From positions 233,215 to 297,214 of the forward strand of contig NMRA01000326.1 in NCBI GenBank assembly GCA_002633005.1: a stretch of DNA of 64,000 nucleotides, read 5' to 3'. Under the pieces are notes generated by a model that saw only the letters and a program-made list of their open reading frames with translations, did no database searches and was not told the DNA's origin. Made by a program: the position numbers and the translations under genes. The DNA comes from Phoronis australis. Lineage: Eukaryota > Animalia > Phoronida. This document shows positions 14,030 through 27,538 of this stretch, one piece after another; the first letter of the stretch is position 1, and each line of letters starts with the position of its first letter.

Positions 14030-16557
14030 CTATAGACAACTAAATACAACCTATAAATGAAAGCGTTGATGGATCAAACACGTTCCTGATAGAAGACAAC
14101 CTTCAAGGACAATGACAACCGCATAAAAAGCTGAAAATCACCTATCTTGCATAACGAAAAAACATTAACACAACTTAGATATGTCATTACCTCTGTATGC
14201 TCCTCTCTCAAATGGAAACATTTGTATCAAACATTAGTGTATGCCACCATGTTTCAGTCCAGTTGTTAAATGTTATCAACTGTATTTAGAGACGTCGACA
14301 ACCTGCAAAAGATGCATATGCATATGTTACCTCACTCAGTCTAACATGGTTGATTTTCAAACAGCGAATGCTGGGCAGTGGTTTGTAAGCTATTGTGCCA
14401 AAGCAAGTGGTATGGACAGTATTATTTCACTGGGCCACTTTTATCTGTCTTTACATACTTTGGCGTAATGTTATGTGGGTCTGTACTGAGCAGAGAAAGG
14501 CAAAAGTATCGTAGGCCAGAAAAGTCTAATCATCTCTATGAGAACATTCAAAACCTGTCAACAGAACTTCAGAGAGTTGTGTTCTGTAACTTTTGTCATA
14601 TTGCCATCAATATTTAGACCTGATGACATCACACAGCATACCAATGAAAAACTAATTTTCACTAAATTGCACGTTTAAAAATGAAACAAGTATTTCCACT
14701 TTATTTGCCAAAAATAACGCTTTTACTCAACAAGCGTTATCTGAACTTCTTCCTTAATCAGATAAGAAAGAATTACATATCCCTGCTTAGGCCGTCATGC
14801 TGACAACGATTGGAGATGGCATAAGTGAGATATAAATGAAAACACTTCCACCAATTACGAGCAAATTGCGAGCTCCAAGCACTGGCGTATACACGGGATG
14901 TGAGGTGGCAGGTACAACGGGGCATGACAAACTATTCAATGCAAATCCCCTCTCGGTACGGTACATTCATTGTATCCTAGCTCTTAATGATCTTAATCCT
15001 TTTCATTGCAAAGATCCCAGATTGCCAGTCATTTCAGCCCCTCGGTCACAAACCCAACCATCCCAGTCAAACCATCTTTGGAAACAATTACCAAGACTAG
15101 AATAACATACAGAATGGGCAATAAAAATAATTAAAGCAGAAACAATAACTCACGACAAACGAATTCATGTCCACCATTCGAAATTTTAGTTAACAGTTGC
15201 ACACTAGATGTCGCAAGTGCTTGCTTAATCTCAAGATCACTTGCGTGAACTTGGAATAGAAATTTTTCATGATTCCAAGTTGAAGTACAAGAACACACAC
15301 TCTCGTGTTTTTTCTAATGAAGTTTTGAAGAGGGAATCCTTTATAAATGACTATTACTGTTTCTTACTCAGAGTTTCCCTAACATGCCACGCGGTATTTT
15401 CAACATACTAGCCAATTTTGGGGTCTTTTTGACACAAGCGTGAGCGTTGTAGTTATCATTCCTGCCGACAGTTGTCGCAGTTTTATAATGGCGGTCACTC
15501 GAGATCGGCTGCCGCAAATGAACACCTCGTAAAAACGGTGAATGCATGAATAAAAAGAGCCTAATCGGTACGAGTAATACATTTTTGGAATCACCATGAT
15601 CACTAATGACGAGAGGATTCAGAAAATATTAATATCAAGTATGTACGTTAATGGAGTCGGATTGTAAACAATAATCCATCCCACTCAATAAAATTGAAAA
15701 ATTATCAAAATCGGGCACATTTATTGCAATTTTGATGTCGAAATTTGAGTCATTTGTTTGGATCTGGTTGGCCATCTTGGACAACAGCGGCATAAGTTAC
15801 GAGTTTAAAACCATGCATAATTTATTTTCACCAATAATTTACGATGAAATTTAGTGAGAAAGATCTATACCTACTATTCTGAGCTATTCAATAGTTTTCA
15901 CTGGATTTCAGCCAAGCAGATGTTACTTATTGAGTGATAAAAATGCTCACAATTCCCGTTGGACTCATTTCCGGCGGCACCGACAACATGTCGACTTCTG
16001 CTGAACTGAAGGGCATGTTCAATCGGCTTGTTTGTACTTGGTGAAATCTTAATTTTGCTACATTTTGATGAAAGCTGCTACAAAAAAGCAACTTTGCACA
16101 ATATTTATGTTTTTGTGCAAAAATATAAGGAATATTCTAATTATTGCAGTGTGAATATCAAATTCAGTTGACCATACACTCAGCTTGAAAACAGTTGAAA
16201 AAGTTTTGATATCGTTTTTCTTTGAAAGTCAATTGCACTTCAAGGTTTGATTATGTGTCACAACATAATTCGTATTTTTCTAAATTTTAGGTATGAATCG
16301 TTCTTTCAATACATGCGTTATAACTTCTTGCTTTCTTAATTATCAAGGCCCAAAATGTAAAGGCTCTTAATTAGAGTAATCGGCCATGTTGGATTGTGAA
16401 GCTTCCAGCTCCAACCCTTTTTCCATGCAACTTCTTATTTTTTTAAATCATGCTTCTAATGTGAGGAAATACCTGGTCGCCATGGTGATAGTTAGGCATA
16501 TCCACTTTCATATCATGTAAATTTGACTTGTTGTTCAAAAACGTTTGTAATGCTTAA

Positions 16558-18233
16558 AGGAGCATGCCACCCAAAAAACAACCTATTTTGTATCAATTTA
16601 GATCGAGTAGTTCTACTCCCTAACGACACGTACGGTTGCGTTACCTGACACCTGACGGCAGACGTAGGTGTTGAAATTATCCAATGACGTCATCGGTTTC
16701 ACACGCAGTCTGTTCAGCAGGTCACAACACGGGTTACTGGTGTCAGCTTATCGCTTGAAGTGATCATTTAACACCAATAAATCATCATACTTCGATGTAA
16801 AACCCTTAAAAATACACCGAGTTCTTATAAAAACGTGTTGTTTTATTTCGCTCTTACGGATTTATTGGTATTTGGACACACCATAGCCTACAAAGTTCGG
16901 CAGGCCAATAAGGTCGGTAGTAGGAGTTTGGGGTCTGTTCGGAGATAATTTCGAAGTACTTTCCGTGAGATACAGACAGGAGAACCTAGATCTGTGTTGT
17001 TTAGACTTGTGATTTTTTGAGTTCTAAACACAAAACGCTTGTTATCCTGGCCAGTAGCTTGAAGCCCAATCAGGCCCGTCGCGGCCGGCCGGATCGACTC
17101 GTTATCCTGGCGGCCAGTGGCTCGGAAACTGATCAGACATCACGAACATAAACCAGTCAAAGTTCAGTGGAAACTAAACTTCCAGTCAAGAAAATACTAT
17201 ACTAGTGAGCCAAAATAATGTGCACCTGATTATGTTGGTGAATTAGCCACGAAACTGCAAATCTACTTACTCGTCGGGGGCCGCGAAGGCCGTGTTTCGC
17301 TTTGGCTACAGCACCGTCAGGGCAGAAGTTTTACATTGACAATCATTATTTGAGTAATGTAAATGTAAATAAAGATTCCCCTAACACCTGGCCGTGGGAT
17401 GGAAATCGAGCTGTTTCACAACAGTTTCTGCCAGCAAACACTTAATTAGCATAAGCTCACACGGCCTCGGTGTCCCGTCAATTAGTTTTATTGCACCTTC
17501 AGCCGCGGTAACGCAGTGATTTATTCATTGCTGGCTTCTCAAATCATTTGCACTCACGAACACTCCAAAGGCATTACAAATTGCATCTAATGAGACAGAC
17601 TTTGTTTCAGTTTTATATAAGTATTGGTTAGGGTGAGAATAATTCATTTTGAAAAAGAACGCTCAGTAATAAACGCCAACATGGCAATTCGCAATCCCGA
17701 CTTAGGACGAGCTAGAGCTCATCAGTCCCGACTTTGCAGGTGGTTCGTTAAGTTTTACAAGCTATCAATTCGAACAGGAATACAGTGATGAAGAAATACT
17801 AGAGAGGCGCCGTGAACAAGCTCAGACAAAGGAACGTATGGAGTTATTTGGTAAGCCGGCATTCGTCAGGCACTGTCGACGTCTGCAGGCCACAGACACG
17901 GAGATGTTTCACGGCCTCATACTTGCTATTTACAGCGTATATTTCATACTTCAGTACCATGAGCCACTTCCTAAGCATTTCGGACTCTCGAGGAAGTAAA
18001 CAAAAAACGATATACCCGCTTAATTTAGTTCGGACAAGCGGGAACGATGCACTGCAACATAGCGGCATTCACTCTGCATATGAACCACTGACGTCGCTAG
18101 CGTCGTTTCTCACCTTCCTCACAGGTTAACGCGACACCTCTTGGCAAGGTAAGATCGACCGTATGCAAGGCGAAGTGGATATATACCGATTAAGACGGCA
18201 AAAAAGACTAATTAAAGCGGGTGGCATTCTCCT
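16558..18233 (-). mobile_element. Kolobok-type non-autonomous element family A, copy 1 (THAP remnant 17844-18068)
   Basis: TTAA TSD; 15-bp TIR AGGAG(C/A)ATGCCACCC; degenerate THAP ...LRKWL...KHLRVCG. Confidence 0.85.
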
Positions 18234-19300
18234 TTAAATGTTCTAAAGTACTGTGCATTCTAAGTTGCTTATTTTGGTAAAAGATCATTTGACTCACATT
18301 TAAACTTTACTGTACTGAAATTATTTCAGTTGTGACTTATTATTTCAATAGATTAACACATGAATTTAAAAAGCCAAGTTCAGAAGACTTCCATTTCAAG
18401 TGTACTTGTAATTCTGTCATTGACATTGCCACCTCCACTCAAATTTCAATTATATATGTGGTTAAATTAAAAGGTGTTTCCCTTTTTACTCACTGCTGAA
18501 AATGAAAAAAAAATGAAAACTGCAATATTTTGTATTAGGCTTGATTATCTGTGATACTCTGGTCTTTACATCTCCTTAGCGAAAAACAATTGAATTATGC
18601 CAACAAATGGACTTGAAAGGAATTATCAAATGAAGCAAGCAAAATTTTGGAGGGTTGACTGCTTGTAGCCACTGCAATACACAGCTGTCATCCTCATCTG
18701 ACATCACAGACGGTTATGTAACCACATATGCCTGTTCTCAGAATTGTCTCGGCTGAAGTCGAAAAAGGTCATTACTGCTGGGCTTTTCTCATTAACCAAG
18801 CTGTGTGGACAAGAACTGCTCTGTACAACAGATTCACTCAGTGCTATTATTTGTTTTGAAAAGCAGTTGTTTTGGTGTGAAAATATGTCTTTAAGATATT
18901 TTCGGGAGATGAGGAACTCAAGACGTAAAGCTTAATAATTGTCAAATGTATCAAAGAAATGGTATAAGAATATTGTATTGAAACTGAAAAAATGAATAAC
19001 AGTTACAGAACACTCAGAATTCCACGTTATAGGCCTACTCTTGTAGTTGTAGCGACAGCAGACGATAATGTAGTTGCTGGGGGTTGTCTCAGCGCGACTT
19101 TGCGTGGTTTTGCATTTCACGTCATAAAGAGTTCCATAGCAACTCGAGTATGAGTCTCAGATTTGAGTACGTTTGGAGTCAACTAGAAAAGCGACATTAG
19201 ATACGCGTTTTTGAGTACGACTCCAGTGAGCACGATTTTAAGCATGAAATCTCGAATATGAATATGAGTCTGAGTACGGAGATTGGCGACCGGGCCCAGG

Positions 19301-20029
19301 TTTCGAAAGTGTTGGTGAGGCAGTCATCGATGATCGCTGAAAGGGTGACAAAGACAAAATAAGGCCATTGTGGCGCAGATGAGAAAGCTTATAGGCAATA
19401 GTGCGTACGGTAAGACAATAACCAATCACGAAGCGCCTTGTGACGTCAAGTCTTGGGGAGAAGCCAAAGCTCAAAGTGAGGCTCACTTCTTGGCATTCAG
19501 ATTTGCCAACTGCAGAACATCGGGAATGGAACCCAAGAACCTAAGAATTAAAAAATGAAAAACAATACCATCTACACGAATATTCCACTCCAAATAGGAT
19601 TTTTTGTCGACCGGTACGCCTCATACTAAATTCGGTTTCGAATATTGTAAGATGGACACAGATTCGGCGTACATGACCGTATCAAGTAATTTTCTGGGGA
19701 TGGAATCAAATCAAACTCGAGCCGGGTTTGACAAGGAAAACGACATGCGCACGCCTGGTTTACTGAAGCTTGAATTCGAAGAGGACCACTGCATGGTACT
19801 ATGCTCTAAAATATGTCACGGGGAGGCCAACTTCACTTAGCTGCAAAGGGGTATGCTACGACAGAGAAAGGACTTTCTAAGCCTTGCAGACCACGAAGAG
19901 TAGGTCGGCCCAGAACAAAAGATTTTGACCAAACGGCGATAACACCATGTATACGCATTTGCAAGAGAGGTGTGAATTTATATATTTTTACCGAAAAAGA
20001 GAGATGCTCGAAGACGGTTTCACACCCTG

Positions 20030-20030
<1 letters not shown>
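19301..20030 (+). pseudogene. Protein-primed family B DNA polymerase relic (Polinton/Maverick/adintovirus type)
   Basis: Ordered motifs across broken frames: KGDKDK, KLIGNSAYGKTITN (KxxxNSxYGK), FEYCKMDTDSAY (DTDS), RTPGLLKLEF, LCSK; frameshifts, stops and deletions. Confidence 0.85.
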
Positions 20031-20065
<35 letters not shown>

Positions 20066-20068
<3 letters not shown>

Positions 20069-20748
20069 AAACGTACCAAGAGTGGCGTACATGAAGTAAT
20101 ATCCCACGAGACATTATTCCGCGTATTGACCGAGACCGAAGTACGTTCTGAATTTGTCCCATACGCTTCGAATTCCTAAGTTTTTTCATTTTTTCAGCAG
20201 ATTTTTTAAATACTTCATTCAGACTGTTCACGTGGAGGATCACATCCTATATGTAAGTATTTGTGCGTTAGGTTACAAGTTTTCTCCAGTAAAAGGAACA
20301 GTTTTAAATGTAACGATTTATTACTTGAAAAGAGATAACAGAGATGAAAACAACGGTAACTTTGCACTGAACTTGTAACATCTCATGAAAAAAGTTAAAG
20401 TTAGATGTTCTAGTTTCCGAGGAATTGGCGCCTGAGTTGCAGACGATATAATATTTAGCAAATGAAATCTGAGACAGAATGTCATATAATTAACAGTGTC
20501 CTGTTCCAGAAGTTACTACTGAGACCTGATTGCATGTTGAGTGTTATTTACACTGCTACAATTGTATTACTTTAAACCAGTTTCCAAAAGTTTGATGATC
20601 AAACCGACTAACGACGTCGAGTCGACATTGCCCTACCTTTTGAACATATCAGAGGTCACTGTTGAATTAGTGCGGGAGGTGAATACGGAAAAAATTATTA
20701 CATGGCCGTATTTCCCTCGACAGATTCAACGCGTATAGGAAACAATGG
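20066..20748 (+). mobile_element. Unclassified interspersed repeat family B, copy 1 (asymmetric sub-terminal inverted repeats, Crypton/Helentron-like architecture)
   Basis: Inverted homolog at 26817-27538 and partial direct copy at 63005-63275; TTGTCCCATACGC internal versus its complement at the end. Confidence 0.7.
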
Positions 20749-23700
20749 AATTATGATCTGTACCGATAATGGTATGATCTGAACGCCTTAAGCATTTTCC
20801 CGATGGATTAGTATATATATTTTATCATTAATACATTTCTAAACAACTAAAAGTTTCTTTTTTACTTCAGGCCGTTACACTGTCTCTTGATTATTCTAGT
20901 GACTTTGGGTTAGACATACGTGAAGTCTGTTGCTTAGAGATAAGTGAGAGAACAAAGGACGAAAATCCCGATTGAAATAACCACGACGCTGTCGTGTGTA
21001 AAATAACGTAATCAACCTTTTGTTTCCACTCACGATCAAACGTCTTTTTATTGTCAGAACTTCCGGCTGGTGGACAGTGCAATGCCCTACATACATGTAC
21101 ACGATGATGTCGGCATTTACATGACCTCAAATTCGATTATGACCTCGTTTTCACTTTCTTCTGGTTTACCGATGATATCCGGTTCCACGTATGACCTTTG
21201 ACTGAGGTCTCGCTCATGCACTAAGAGATTGCATCTCTGCATTGTCTATGCTGACCTATCAAACATTGACTCGTCACTTCATTCTCACTTCTCCTCCTTT
21301 CTAGGCGACTGTCACGTAAACGACTTTACTACAACGGAAGATTTCTCTGTACCTGACTTTCCTGTGGTAATTTAATTAACTCCTGGCTTGCTAACAGTGA
21401 AGCCATGATTAAGAAAAATGAGTTAAAGAGTACCGGCAAATTGCCTTTTTATGCTGAACACACTAAAAAATCAACAAAGATCACGAGCATCAGATATCGA
21501 AAATATCAAAAGTTTATTGAATTCTTAATAGTTTCGTTTTTTAATTAGAAATTGGATGTTGAACAAAAGTCTTGTTTTCAAATTTCGTTTTGCTCATTGG
21601 AAAAGTCATGTATAACAAAAATCTTATTCTTAAGTTTTCTTTTGCGTATTGAAAATTGAATTAATGAAGTGCGCAACATTTTCATACCTCCCATTCAATG
21701 CAAATCTCACAATGCGTAATCCATCTAGCAGGTATTTGTTTCAAATGGCATTGAGGGAGGTAAATTCAACCGTCGTGTCTTAACAAAAACTTATGGGCCC
21801 CGCCAGCTGGCTACGCGTCATTTCACAATTTTATCAAATACACAAAAGAGCAAAGAGGAAATAACTCGTGATTGATTAAATCAAATGCTCGGTTTCGATT
21901 TTCTTTATGTAAGCTAGTTGTCCAAACCAGGTCGATTAAAACGGTTATTGTAGATACATTTGTTTACTCAAAAAATCAAATCAGTTGTTTCAACACTAAC
22001 ACTGAGTAACAAAAAATGTCTGCTAACAAGTGATCGTCCGCATAACAAGCGCTGGGGTGAGTTTTGTATACACAAGAATTTCGCCTTAATAAAGGTTGTG
22101 TGATGATGTGCTCCGCTTATAATACAAAACAAAATCTCGCGAAGTCTTGCGTGATCTTGAATCTTTAAGTGTACGGAACGTAGGCCTGCGCTGAGTTCCG
22201 TGAACCCAATGATCTCGAGAAGAAAGCTCAGTGTGATCACATTCTTCGACTCTCGTAATACAAGTCGATACCTCGTGAAGTCTTGTGTGATCTTACGTTT
22301 TCGTGACTGAGGCTCTCGCGTCTAGAGAACTCACACACGGTCTGATTGCTCCTGCGATACGGTTTTAAACCGTGAATGGTTTTATTCACAACTAGCTCCA
22401 CTGGTTTTGAACAATGAAGCAATTGATTGTGTGTGAAAACAGCAGAAGTTTCATGCCCCATTAATACACTATCCGTTTTCAATGACCGGGGGGAACATTG
22501 ATATTACTGCAAGCAATTAGCTCTTTGGCGTGAGTTATAATGACATCTTCGCTCTCGTTCTTCACTCGCTACAGTACCATTATCATTACTGCCGCTATCA
22601 CCATCACGGTCATGGTGATTACGATGATGATGACGACGATGGTGACGAAGATGATAGACATTCGTTGGGAACTAAAAAGTCATGAAGTTGAGGATGACGA
22701 TGATGACATAGGTGCAATGAAATGTACATACTCTTATCTAAACGAAGGGAAGTGGAAATATTTAGATATACAATGGAAACTGAAAAAACAAGCCAATAGG
22801 TCTATATGTAAATCTTGAACCAACGTAGAAATATAAATCACAAACATTTAAAGTCCCAGTAGCACACATTTTTAGCCTTTATTAAATGGTTAGAAGAAGT
22901 TACACGGATCCAAACAGTACCTGTCCCATAACCAATACACAATTCGTAGTCGAAAAAAGTTTAAATAAACGCATCATTCATGATTCTGCCCCGAAGATCA
23001 CACCGCCATTTTGAACTAACTGTAAAACCGGAAGTACAATTCATTCAGGAACCCAGGATTAAGAAAGCCGGCTGTGCGACTGGAGCAGTGTCTGTTACTT
23101 GCTTGCAAACGGAGATAAAATAGTCGACAGCGGACCTTAACTTTAGTAAAAAACCAAAACAGTGACAATTTATATTGAAATTGTTGACAAAATATGGCAA
23201 AAATTTTTTGACATAAATCATTTTGCCGGACTCGCACCTGCATCCCTAGTCGGCTGATGTGTGGACTCATTGTTACCAGCACTGGCGGAAGAAGAAGAAG
23301 CCTGCCGTGTCGGCTATTTTTATCGTTATGTATGGTTCAAATCATTAATGCCGCATACACACAAAGATAGTTTCAGACTCTTGCATAAAATTACGGACTA
23401 CGTCACAGTCCTGTGCCAACGATTGAATAACAAGGTGCGTGACTACGGCGACTATTCTGAGTGTGTTTTATTGGGTGTAATTAACTCTGGTAAACAAACA
23501 GTATAAACATAACAACGAATATGTAATATCAAATTAATTGAATAAAATTGCTATACAGTTAGAATATAATGACGATTAAACTTGCGAAAATATCGGAAAT
23601 GAATTGAGAGGGAAGATACCGCTGGCGATCTCCCGCGACTTTCGTTACGACCGGGACACTGATGGACAAAAATGAACGATAGAATACCATTTGGTGGCGA

Positions 23701-24282
23701 AATCAATTTAGGAAGAATGCTTGGTGCCAAATGGTATAATAGGAGTATTAATGAGTTTTATTAAAGTAAAAATAATAATTCCCACTTAGCCAGAAGCTTT
23801 CGTATAAGCTGCTACCCGGCGGAGACCGACCACCTGGCCTGCGCGGACTTCTGTTTTCCGCGTCGCAAGATGAACACATTAATTAGCTGCCCGGGGCTTG
23901 AGTGGGTGAAATTCGGGTGACAAAGAGATTAAAAAATACTTGGTAAGGCTCCTAACACTGCAACATTTTCCCATCGTCGACATGCAGCTCAATGAAAACA
24001 ATTCACTACACCCCTCTCTTGTTTCCGGCGTAGAATTTTTATATTTAGATAACAGAGGTGTATACTGTAAGTTTTTGTCACATTTTAGAACATGTTTTCC
24101 CTGATAATTGGACATCAAAGTCAATTTAGCAAATGATCATATTTTACGGGGAAAGATCACGGCAACTGCAAGGGAATTACTTCGCCGATTACTATGTCAG
24201 GGCAGCAAAATCAAGTACAGATGCGTGTTATTGCAATTGAGGTGCGGAGTTCACAGTTTTGAGATAAAACTCCATAAAACAT

Positions 24283-26069
24283 AGACTCTATTCATGCGGC
24301 GGACATTGAAATCCAAAGCGAGGCTCACTGCGATAAACAAAGCGGAAATTTACATTGCGTGAGTTAAATGGCCGGTCTTTGGAGTCCAACCTGAATATTA
24401 AATCTTAAAAAATGTGTCAATAATTAACCACAAAGACGTAGAAAAATAAAGTTAAAGAACAAGTCAATGCACCAAAGAGTTGTCTGACGAAAGGATATAG
24501 TTTTTTCCGGAAAACTAGGTTAGAAACAGAAAAGTAAACATGACCAAATTGCGGCGGTCGTAGTGTTACGGATTAGGTATCATGCTGAATGCGGGGTTAC
24601 CTTTCTTCTATTAAATTCTTGATAAAATGCTTTCTACACGAACCAGGTCATCTGGTCGTATTGTTGACGAGTTGAAGATATATTCGACAGTGGTGGCTCA
24701 TAGCATTTTGCTGTCATGTGCATTTAGTCTCATCTGGTTTAATTTGTTGATCAAGAGTAGACCTATTAGCTTCAAGCACAGCCTAGGTCCTGGTGAGGTA
24801 GGCACTACCGGGACTAACAGTTGATTTGTCATGGATCTGAAATAATACTTGATGTTATTAAATATATATTTTGATTACGATAAAAAACTAGGCTCGCAAT
24901 TGAAAATAAAAATTATATGACCATCAATTCTGCTTTCTTGGTTTTAATAATAACATGTGTTATATTTTTCAAATATCATTCTCGACCAACATGAATTTTA
25001 AAATTAAAACACCTAATTCTTTCGTCCAAAGCATAACCTCGTTTTAGAGCTCAATTTCAGTTAACTGAACAGAACTTAGTGGCGGATTTAGAGGGGAGCC
25101 AAGGGGCTATGCCCCAGCCCCCCTAAAATTCTCCCAGATTCCATTTGGCAGTTCAGGAGCGCGAATTTCTGACGGGTAAAATCCTGGCTAATACTCTGTC
25201 TTGCCCCCCCCCCTAACTCAAAGTCCTGGATCCCCCCTGGAACAAGCATAGTTATCATGTTTCTTCAGAGGCCTCGTTCATATCCGAGGGGAAATGTGCC
25301 TCATGTACTGTGCGGCCTTCTGAGAGGGGAACGTTTCCCCGAGTGACGGGTCAGTGAAAACTCTACTGACCTCCGGATCACCATCAATAGCACCCCGCCC
25401 TTTTGCAAGCTCTCATAGCTCTGTCTCAAGTAGCATTTTCAGTGGCTGATCTAGGATACCATATAGGCCTAGTGAGGGGGGGCGACATCCTCGGAGAAGC
25501 GGGCAAAGCGCGATTGTATGCACGCAGGCGGCCCGGAAGTTGCGGGCGCCGAGGATGTATACCTTCTGCTCAGGAAATCTGTCGTTGGGCTAATTTTCAA
25601 TCACAAAGGGGATTTTTAGACCTCGTGGCCGGGAATTTCGCGTGATTTTTCAATATTTTTGAGATGGGAATAGGGCCGATATTTGGCCCCAAAATTGAGG
25701 GATTGAGGGGACTCCTTTTTGTAAAGAAAAATGCATCGCGCTTCAACCCATAGTCATGAAAACACAGCCTGGCTGGCCGAAGATTCTCCGGTGCTCGTTG
25801 CTATTGCGGCATCCAGTCCGATCGAGATGCGACAAATTAGGATTCGAAAACAGTAATAAATTTTACACGGACATATTTTCCTTCGTCGCGGCGTATGGCA
25901 AGGACCCAACGCTTCCGAATCCCAATGTCCTTAGGGATTGTAAAACAGAGTGTCCGTATTTTTTCTAGCTGTTCGAGCAACGCGGAGTACAACTACGCGG
26001 ATAAGCCACCAGAGCTATCGTAGCGAGCCTCGTTTTGGAACGCGCCTCCTGTCGACGTGAATAGGGTCT
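24283..26069 (-). mobile_element. ISL2EU-type DNA transposon derivative with THAP and HTH remnants
   Basis: AT TSD; TIR AGAC(T/C)CTATTCA plus CCAAA.CGAGGCTC. Minus strand ~25868-26003 reads PRSCTPRCSNS*.../FTIPKDIGIRKRWVLAIRRDEG (THAP); ~24665-24800 reads PGPRLCLKLIGLLLINKLNQMRLN...TTVEYIFNS (HTH_Tnp_4-like). Confidence 0.75.
25077..25239. mobile_element. hAT5-like MITE (short subfamily), nested in the ISL2EU element
   Basis: TSD GAACT/GAACA; same internal sequence as 11026. Confidence 0.85.
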
Positions 26070-26816
26070 ATAGCCGTGATTTGATGTTTTTTTTCCTATT
26101 TTACATTTTAAAGGCCAGTAAAGCAGGTGCCGATTTTCTCAGCCGAGTACGCAGAAATGCAATCATTCATCTGGGTAATCACACGGCAATTGCTTACTCC
26201 AGGCTAGTTTTTCCCCTAATTTATTACCTAAACAAGTACTGTTGGTGAAATTGGACGATGAGTTAGGGCTCACCTCTGTACTGAGCCGAGTGTTGACTGC
26301 CGGGAGATGCGACGTACTTCACTAACTGTCATATGCAAAGAACAGGCAAAATTTGTACAATAAATAATTAAGTATGTATAAAAAGAACCAAAATGAGAAT
26401 CAAAAATAACCAAGTAAAACAACAGCGCATTTACGCACACGTTAACATCAATACGTTTTCATGGGCAGCATGACCGTCATTCAGGAATCCTTGCTGAACT
26501 GTCACACAGGAATTCAAGTCACGAAAATAGACGGGAATAGTCGATGATTTTCTGATCTCAGCCGAAGTACCTGTTGGCTACATCACGTGACTGAATGTTA
26601 GTGTAACCTACAAGTCATTTGTAAAAGAATGGAATGATAAATGCTAACACATCAAAACTTCCTCATGTAAACGATATCTGCCTGTTGAGTACAAAAACTG
26701 TCCTCGTAAATTTGACAAGCCAGTACAGTCAAAACCAAAAATCCCAATTAATATCTCATTAAGCCCCCTTTTTAAGTATTAACATAAAATCTTGATCTGC
26801 CCCTTTGATTGTTGCT

Positions 26817-27538
26817 TTGTCCCATACGCGTTGAATCTGTCGAGGGAAATACGGCCATGTAATAAAGTTTTCCGTATTCATCTCCCGCACTACTTCAACA
26901 GCGATCTCTGACATGGAAAGTTCAAAAGGTAGGTCAATGTTGACTCGACGTCGTTAGCCGGTTCGATCACCAATTTTCCGAAAATATTTTAAAGTAATAC
27001 AATTATAGCAGAGTAAATTACGCTCAACATACAATCAGGTCTCAATCGTAACATCTGGTGCAGGACTGTTAATTGTACGACAGTTCTGTCTCAGTTTTCA
27101 TTGGCTAAATATTCTATCGTCTGCACCTCAAGCGCCGATTCCTCGGTAACTACAATATCAAATATTGTTGTTATTTAATTAACTATTTTCAAGAGATGTT
27201 ACAAGTTCAATGAATAGCTACCCTTGTTTTCATTTTTGTTATCTCTTTTCAAGTAATAAATCGTCACATTTAAAACTGTTTCTTTTACTAGAGAAAACTT
27301 GCAGCCTAATGCGCAAGAACATACATTTAGGATGTGATCCGCCACGTGAACAGTCTGAGTGAAGTACTTAAAAAATGTGAGGAAAAAATGAAAGAAACTA
27401 GGGTATTCGAAGCGTATGGGATCAATACAAAACGTACCTCGATTGGCATAGATGAAGTAATATCGAACTCGACATTATTCCGCGAAATAACGTACCGCGG
27501 GAACTTCATGTACGCCGCTCTCGGTACATTTTACGTAT
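26817..27538 (-). mobile_element. Repeat family B, copy 2
   Basis: Reverse-complement match to 20066-20748. Confidence 0.75.

Larger units (their letters stand above)
8712..15676. mobile_element. MULE/Mutator-like non-autonomous element, ~6.97 kb
   Basis: 9-bp direct repeat CATCCCACT at 8703-8711 and 15677-15685; inverted blocks 8712-8790/15590-15676 and ~8925-9020/15220-15290. Confidence 0.75.
6980..19296. mobile_element. PIF/Harbinger-type long inverted repeats (~6980-7365 and ~18929-19296) enclosing 12.3 kb of nested elements
   Basis: ~370-385 bp imperfect inverted repeats starting GGCCCGGT; CAG on both outer sides, matching the CWG target of animal Harbingers. Confidence 0.65.

Noticed and set aside
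22540-22818. 92-aa hydrophobic/acidic ORF
   Set aside because: Produced by degenerate (ATC/GAT)n trinucleotide repeats.
20890-26570. Apparent chain of minus-strand exons (26274-26325, 24601-24813, ~21350 downward) as a host gene
   Set aside because: Joined frames contain several stops and no recognisable domain; the 24.6-24.8 kb block is better explained as ISL2EU transposase HTH remnant.
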